A stretch of DNA of 63,347 bases, the filler included, from Thraustochytrium aureum (taxonomy: Eukaryota): assembly GCA_012862495.1 (NCBI GenBank). It is 4 parts of one record of this genome, joined end to end, with 100 filler letters (N's around TTAATTAATTAA, not from the genome) between each part and the next. Parts side by side here need not be neighbours in the genome. Positions count along the whole stretch, not along the records: positions 59,897 to 63,347 come from BLSG01000172.1; 3 more parts are not named here. The stretch is one strand, 5' to 3'. The number at the start of each line of letters is the position of its first letter. The stretch's first letter is position 1. The notes beneath the pieces were generated by a model. The model saw only the letters and a program-made list of their open reading frames with translations. It searched no databases and was not told the origin of the DNA. A program made the position numbers and the translations under genes. Positions 60,000 to 63,347 of this stretch are shown piece by piece.

Positions 60000-60917
60000 C
60001 GCTTCCAGCCGCTTCGAGCATTGGCTGGCTGCTCCGCATTATCATGCACAATCCCAATTCTCGTCCGCGCTGGGTCAATCCATCCCAACCGATCGTCTGT
60101 CTCCCTCTACAAAACCAGCAACGTCCGCGCCGCGCAACAATCAGTCCTCGAAGCGCGCTCGAGCCGCGCAGCCTGCACATCGAGCCTGTCCAACCAGGTC
60201 ACGAACGACCCGGCGACATTGGCACGCCCAACACAATCAGCGGGACGCGCGCCTTGTCGCGCGCATGACAATCGATCAGTCAGGCCAGTCAGAGCCGAGC
60301 CGCCCTGCGCCGGCGCAGAGCGCCACAACGATGCCGAGTCGTTGAAAACAATCTCGTCGTCGTCGCGGCCGCCGCGGACCAACGAACACTTTTTCAACTA
60401 GCGCTTGGGGGAGCGGCGACTCTTGAATCTTGAGCAGTATAATCGTTTCGAATAGAAACGATTTAGCCGCGCTGCGGTCCCCTCGAAGGACCCTGTGCGT
60501 CGCCACCCTTGGCCTATCGGAGTATCTTTCACAGGATACTCCGAGCCCTGACTGCTCTCAACCGTGAATAGTTCTCGGCCCGGGGATTCCTCTTTAATTC
60601 CCCGGCAGCTGCGGCCCGGTACCCTTTCGTCTTGTACGGTTTTCCTCAGCCTCTCTCCGCTGCGAATATTACCAAGAACAGCGTATTTCTCATGCAAAAG
60701 ATAGCGAAGGTGGGATGCAGGTTGCAGAAGTGCAAACATGAAGGTGGGCGTTTCGAAGAGGACCAAGGGCGACGAGAGCGCCGCCAGCGCTAGAGTCCGG
60801 GAGGGTCTCCTCGTGATACGCCTGGGGCCGACGCACCGGCGGCAGAGCAGAACAGCAGCAGACTCGCATTGTGCGCGCGCGCGTGCGTGCAGCGGTGCGC
60901 GGGGCGGGCAGAGTACC

Positions 60918-60967
60918 TGCGTGCGTGCGTGCGTGCGTGCGTACGTGCGTGCGTGCGTGCGTGCGTG
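60918..60967 (+). repeat. (GCGT)n microsatellite
   Basis: Directly visible, upstream of the CCT gene. (GGAA)n also occurs at ~61062-61082. Confidence 0.9.
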
Positions 60968-61178
60968 GCTGTGACTGCGCGGCTGCGTGCGCGCCCGTGC
61001 GGGGCACGTGCGCCGGCCAAGGCCCTGCCTACCTACGTCGCGAAAGAAATACAGAAAGACAGAAGGAAGGAAGGAAGGAAGGGGAAAGCCTGCGCAAGGC
61101 TCCGGCCGGCGCCTCACGAACGTGGGAGACGAGGACGGGAGCCGGTTTGCGGGCAGGCTGGCCGGGTACGAGAGGAAT

Positions 61179-63109
61179 ATGAGTCTCCTTTCCCACACGC
61201 CGCCGGCGTTCTCCGTCGGCAGCTTGGACCCGATCATGAAGCGGGCTCGGAGCGGGAGCATATCGAAGCGGCTGCGCAATGCGGCAGAGATGTGCGAGGA
61301 GAACCAGATGGACAAGGAGGCACAAGGCGCGCTCAAAGACATGATCATCCGCGACGACCCGCGCCTGCAGCGCGCCATGCAGCGCATCGAAGCAGGCGAC
61401 CCGGAGGTACTCAAAGGGAGATNNNNNNNNNNNNNNNNNNNNNNNNNNNNNNNNNNNNNNNNNNNNNNNNNNNNNNNNNNNNNNNNNNNNNNNNNNNNNN
61501 NNNNNNNNNNNNNNNNNNNNNNNNNNNNNNNNNNNNNNNNNNNNNNNNNNNNNNNNNNNNNNNNNNNNNNNNNNNNNNNNNNNNNNNNNNNNNNNNNNNN
61601 NNNNNNNNNNNNNNNNNNNNNNNNNNNNNNNNNNNNNNNNNNNNNNNNNNNNNNNNNNNNNNNNNNNNNNNNNNNNNNNNNNNNNNNNNNNNNNNNNNNN
61701 NNNNNNNNNNNNNNNNNNNNNNNNNNNNNNNNNNNNNNNNNNNNNNNNNNNNNNNNNNNNNNNNNNNNNNNNNNNNNNNNNNNNNNNNNNNNNNNNNNNN
61801 NNNNNNNNNNNNNNNNNNNNNNNNNNNNNNNNNNNNNNNNNNNNNNNGATGGCGACCTGAACTTTGACTTTCTCAACGTGGCCGACGATGTCGGCATCCC
61901 GGCCTCGCCCGCCGCCTCGCTCAAAGACGGCTTCATGGACAACGAAGACCAGTTCGAGTTCGCCTTCGACGACGGGCTTGGCGGCGGGGCGCTGTCGAGC
62001 AGCGCGCAGGGGCAGGGCGGGGACTCCCTCTCCGCTTCGCATTCGGCGGGCTCCTCCGCGCCGTACGGGACCCGGGGCGCCGGCGGCGCGCGGACGGCCA
62101 AGTCGCACCCGCGCTCGATCCGGCAGAGCAACGGTCGGCAGGTGCCCGCACAGGGCGACCCCTCTCGCTCGCGCGGGCGCGATGTGCGCCCTCTTCCGGT
62201 CAAAATGCGGGACGGACGGTCAGGTTCGTTCGGCCAGCCCCTTCCGGAGCTTTTTGATTTCAACCTCTTTGACGACCTGAACAGTCCGGGGGTCTCCTTC
62301 TCGCCCATGTCGCACTCTCCGTCGCGAAGCCTGGGGTCGGTTGGTGGCGGCGCGAGCGGGTCGGGCCACCGGCCCCTGCACCGCGACTCTATTGCCCACC
62401 TGGACGACCTGCTGTTGCCGCAGTCTGGCGGGCTGATGGGCTCGTTCACGGGCAGCGTGGCAGGGTCTTTTGACGGCTCCGACTCGGCCACGTCTGCGCC
62501 GATCGGGATTCCGCCGGGGGGGCGGTCGGCCGGCTCGCTCGAGCTGGCGCCCAAAATGAAGCGCTCTCACCAAGCCAAGCCCAAGCCGGCTCCGCGGGCC
62601 AAGCCAGGCGCGGGCAATCCCGCGCTGGCGCCGCGTTCGGGCGGCAGCGCTGCTCGCGGGGCGCCGGCAGGTGCCGTTGGCGGCAGCGCCAGACCCCGCC
62701 CGTGTATGGGGGGCCCACGCGTTCTGTCAAGATGGAGCCTGCGGGCAGGCCAGGAGCGATGGGCTCGGCGCAGCACAGCTCGCAGGCGCGCCAGGCGCCC
62801 GTCTACCAGTCCCGGCCAGCGCAGCCCCTGCGCAACAGGCGCAGCAAGCGCCTCCGCCCCGCAGGTCGTCCAGGCCTTGGACCTGAGCTCGACCAACACG
62901 CAGACGGGTTACATTGGGGGCTACTCGCCCGACTCGCGGCGCAGGCGTATCGAAAAGTTTTGCAAAAGCGCCAGAACCGGATCTGGATGAAGCGTGTCAA
63001 ATACGACGTGCGCAAGAGTTTCGCGGACTCGCGGCTCCGCGTCAAGGGTCGCTTCGTCAAGAAGGAGGATGAGGAGGTGCTGCGCGAGCTCCTAATCATG
63101 ACCATGTAA
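61179..63109 (+). CDS. CCT-domain (CONSTANS/TOC1-type) protein; gap and frameshifts (at least ~62960)
   Basis: 'IGGYSPDSRRRRIEKF(L)QKRQNRIWMKRVKYDVRKSFADSRLRVKGRFVK' is a CCT motif; preceded by a long S/G-rich region. Confidence 0.9.
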
Positions 63110-63347
63110 GTACCGCCTGGCCCTGCGCAGCTCGCGCCGGCGCCGGGGCTGCCGCGCGCGCCACCGAGCGTGGTGCGGTGGCGGCCCCACAAGATCGCCG
63201 GTGCGCGTGCTGCTGGCTGGCGCGTCGAGGCACTCGAGCCGACGCCGCGCCACCACACTTCAACCGGAATCAATTTTCACGTCTTTTACTCTCTGCTAAG
63301 TTCAAGTTCAGTTCAGTTCAGTTCTCCGCGTCCTTGCCGCTGCAGGG

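Overview
This is GC-rich, gene-dense and apparently intron-poor eukaryotic nuclear DNA. It is probably from a flagellated stramenopile protist such as a thraustochytrid/labyrinthulomycete, which I infer from gene content (CFAP298, a CCT-domain protein, a P4-ATPase, golgins, a papain protease) and composition. The window is not one contiguous locus. Three artificial 100-bp linkers (N44-TTAATTAATTAA-N44, with the 12-mer at 21486, 32139 and 59841) join four scaffolds: 1-21441, 21542-32094, 32195-59796 and 59897-63347. It also contains many N gaps and frequent single-base indels, mostly in homopolymers, that break otherwise intact genes. About 28 protein-coding genes are recognisable, including DLD, COX15, CAF1, a P4-ATPase, CFAP298, a pterin dehydratase, a cytochrome b5 reductase-like protein, an importin-9-like protein, a golgin-84-like protein, and RRM and CCT proteins. 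The most notable feature is a methylthioribose-kinase domain fused in one reading frame to a DUF2064/TIGR04282 (CofC-like) transferase domain at 21542-23196 (-). It is a candidate kinase + nucleotidyl/glycosyl-transferase that activates 5-substituted ribose, possibly for arsenosugar biosynthesis. Other points of interest are a tandem pair of orphan 7TM-like proteins, a CHAT/caspase-fold protein, a HET-like/TPR protein, a stand-alone ATP-grasp ligase and an RIIa/Dpy-30-like protein with a VIM motif. All family assignments come from motif recognition by eye, and no database searches were run. I recognised no rRNA, tRNA, CRISPR array or intact transposon.
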